Shown one piece after another: positions 6,475 to 7,761 of a stretch of DNA of 7,761 nucleotides. The position numbers and the translations under genes were made by a program. Source of the DNA: a virus (lineage: Duplodnaviria > Heunggongvirae > Uroviricota > Caudoviricetes); IMG/VR virus record IMGVR_UViG_2869965101_000010; one strand, given 5' to 3'. How positions within the stretch are numbered: position 1 is the stretch's first letter; each line of letters starts with the position of its first letter. A model generated the notes under the pieces. That model ran no database searches, was not told the origin of the DNA, and saw only the letters and a list, made by a program, of their open reading frames with translations.

Positions 6475-6550
6475 GGGCAAATCCAATAATAAATCAACAT
6501 ATCATTTCACGCTCCGATTTTCTGTCGGAGGCGAAACTGCGGCTATTCAT

Positions 6551-6856
6551 ATGCACGAAAAAGAGAATCTTGCTGGAGCGTTCTGGCTCGTTTTGCTGAT
6601 CATCGCAGGTTGGGGCGGTCTGGTCCGCTACCTGATAGATGTGAAGCAGAGTAAAGCAACGTGGAGTTGGATAAATGCTCTGGCTCAGATAGTGGTATCA
6701 GGATTCACCGGTGTTATTGGTGGCCTGATCAGCATCGAAAGTGGATTCAGTATTTACATGATTCTCGCGACAGCGGGGATTAGTGGTGCGATGGGTTCGG
6801 TTGCACTGACGTACTTCTGGGAACGACTGACAGGGGTGAAAAATGCAAAATCTTAA
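6551..6856 (+). CDS. phage holin, class I-like (three predicted TM helices), about 101 aa
   Basis: In-frame ATG at 6551 (MHEKENLAGAFWLVLLIIAGWGGLVRYLIDVKQSKATWSWINALAQIVVSGFTGVIGGLISIESGFSIYMILATAGISGAMGSVALTYFWERLTGVKNAKS). Three hydrophobic segments. Its 3' end overlaps the start of the endolysin gene by 14 nt, as in lambda S/R. The track ORF start at 6449 lies inside IS2 and is not native. Shine-Dalgarno is weak. Confidence 0.6.
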   Translation: MHEKENLAGAFWLVLLIIAGWGGLVRYLIDVKQSKATWSWINALAQIVVSGFTGVIGGLISIESGFSIYMILATAGISGAMGSVALTYFWERLTGVKNAKS

Positions 6857-7099
6857 TCCTCAGCGTAAAGCTTTCCTCGATATGGTGGCATGGTCAGAAG
6901 GAACGGATAACGGGCGACAACCGACACGTAACCACGGTTATGATATTATTGTCGGTGGTGAACTCTTCACTGATTACTCCGATCACCCTCGCAAACTTGT
7001 CACGCTAAACCCCAAACTCAAATCAACAGCTGCAGGCCGTTATCAACTTCTTTCACGCTGGTGGGATGCTTACCGCAAGCAGCTTGGGCTGAAAGACTT
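6843..7099 (+). pseudogene. lambda R-type endolysin (lytic transglycosylase), N-terminal ~86 codons; truncated by the IS911-like insertion
   Basis: MQNLNPQRKAFLDMVAWSEGTDNGRQPTRNHGYDIIVGGELFTDYSDHPRKLVTLNPKLKSTAAGRYQLLSRWWDAYRKQLGLKDF is near-identical to lambda R residues 1..~86 as recalled, including the catalytic Glu in WSEGTD. Similarity ends at ~7100 where the IS terminal repeat TGAAGTGG begins; the ORF then reads 11 codons into the IS. Confidence 0.8.

Positions 7100-7761
<662 letters not shown>

Larger units (their letters stand above)
5279..6485 (+). mobile_element. IS2, 5'-truncated (left terminal repeat and roughly the first 124 bp missing); right end intact
   Basis: Sequence from CAGACGGCGTACCACACAGG onward is IS2-internal. 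Right end ...TGTCTGGAAATATAGGGGCAAATCCA at 6485. insD intact. A6G slippery motif AAAAAAG at 5563..5569. The extent of the missing left part is estimated from the remembered 1331-bp IS2 length. Confidence 0.85.

Noticed and set aside
6449-6550. N-terminal extension of the holin ORF as given in the track (start at 6449)
   Set aside because: The extension begins inside the IS2 right end and so cannot be native. The first in-frame ATG after the IS boundary (6551) is used instead.

Overview
This window is a heavily IS-decayed lambdoid prophage remnant of Escherichia/Shigella type. From left to right: (1) the C-terminal ~157 codons of a P4-type tyrosine integrase (minus strand), cut by a complete 1264-bp IS600-like IS3-family element (473..1736); (2) a leftward early operon, cro-like -> CII/YdaT-like regulator -> orf112 -> N-terminal fragment of a winged-helix replication-initiator-like gene that runs straight into the IS600 end; (3) a divergent immunity switch with two perfect TGTAC-N7-GTACA palindromic operators; (4) an apparently intact CI/C2-family LexA-like (S24) repressor (3213..3887) with its terminator; (5) a PL-like promoter with operator-like direct repeats, a boxA-like element and a ~450-bp AT-rich, stop-dense tract with no N-like gene; (6) a small Shine-Dalgarno-bearing membrane-peptide ORF whose stop codon is completed by the first base of a complete IS1 (4511..5278); (7) a 5'-truncated IS2 (5279..6485) abutting IS1; (8) a lambda-type lysis cassette (3-TM holin, lambda R-like transglycosylase) whose endolysin is truncated near 7100 by an IS911-like element that runs off the window. 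No tRNA, rRNA or CRISPR array was seen. The least explained and most novel-looking part is the cI-distal region 3890..4510, where an intact SOS-type repressor sits beside an operator-flanked promoter, an orphan boxA and a small toxin-like peptide module. All functional statements are inference from sequence; no database search was run.
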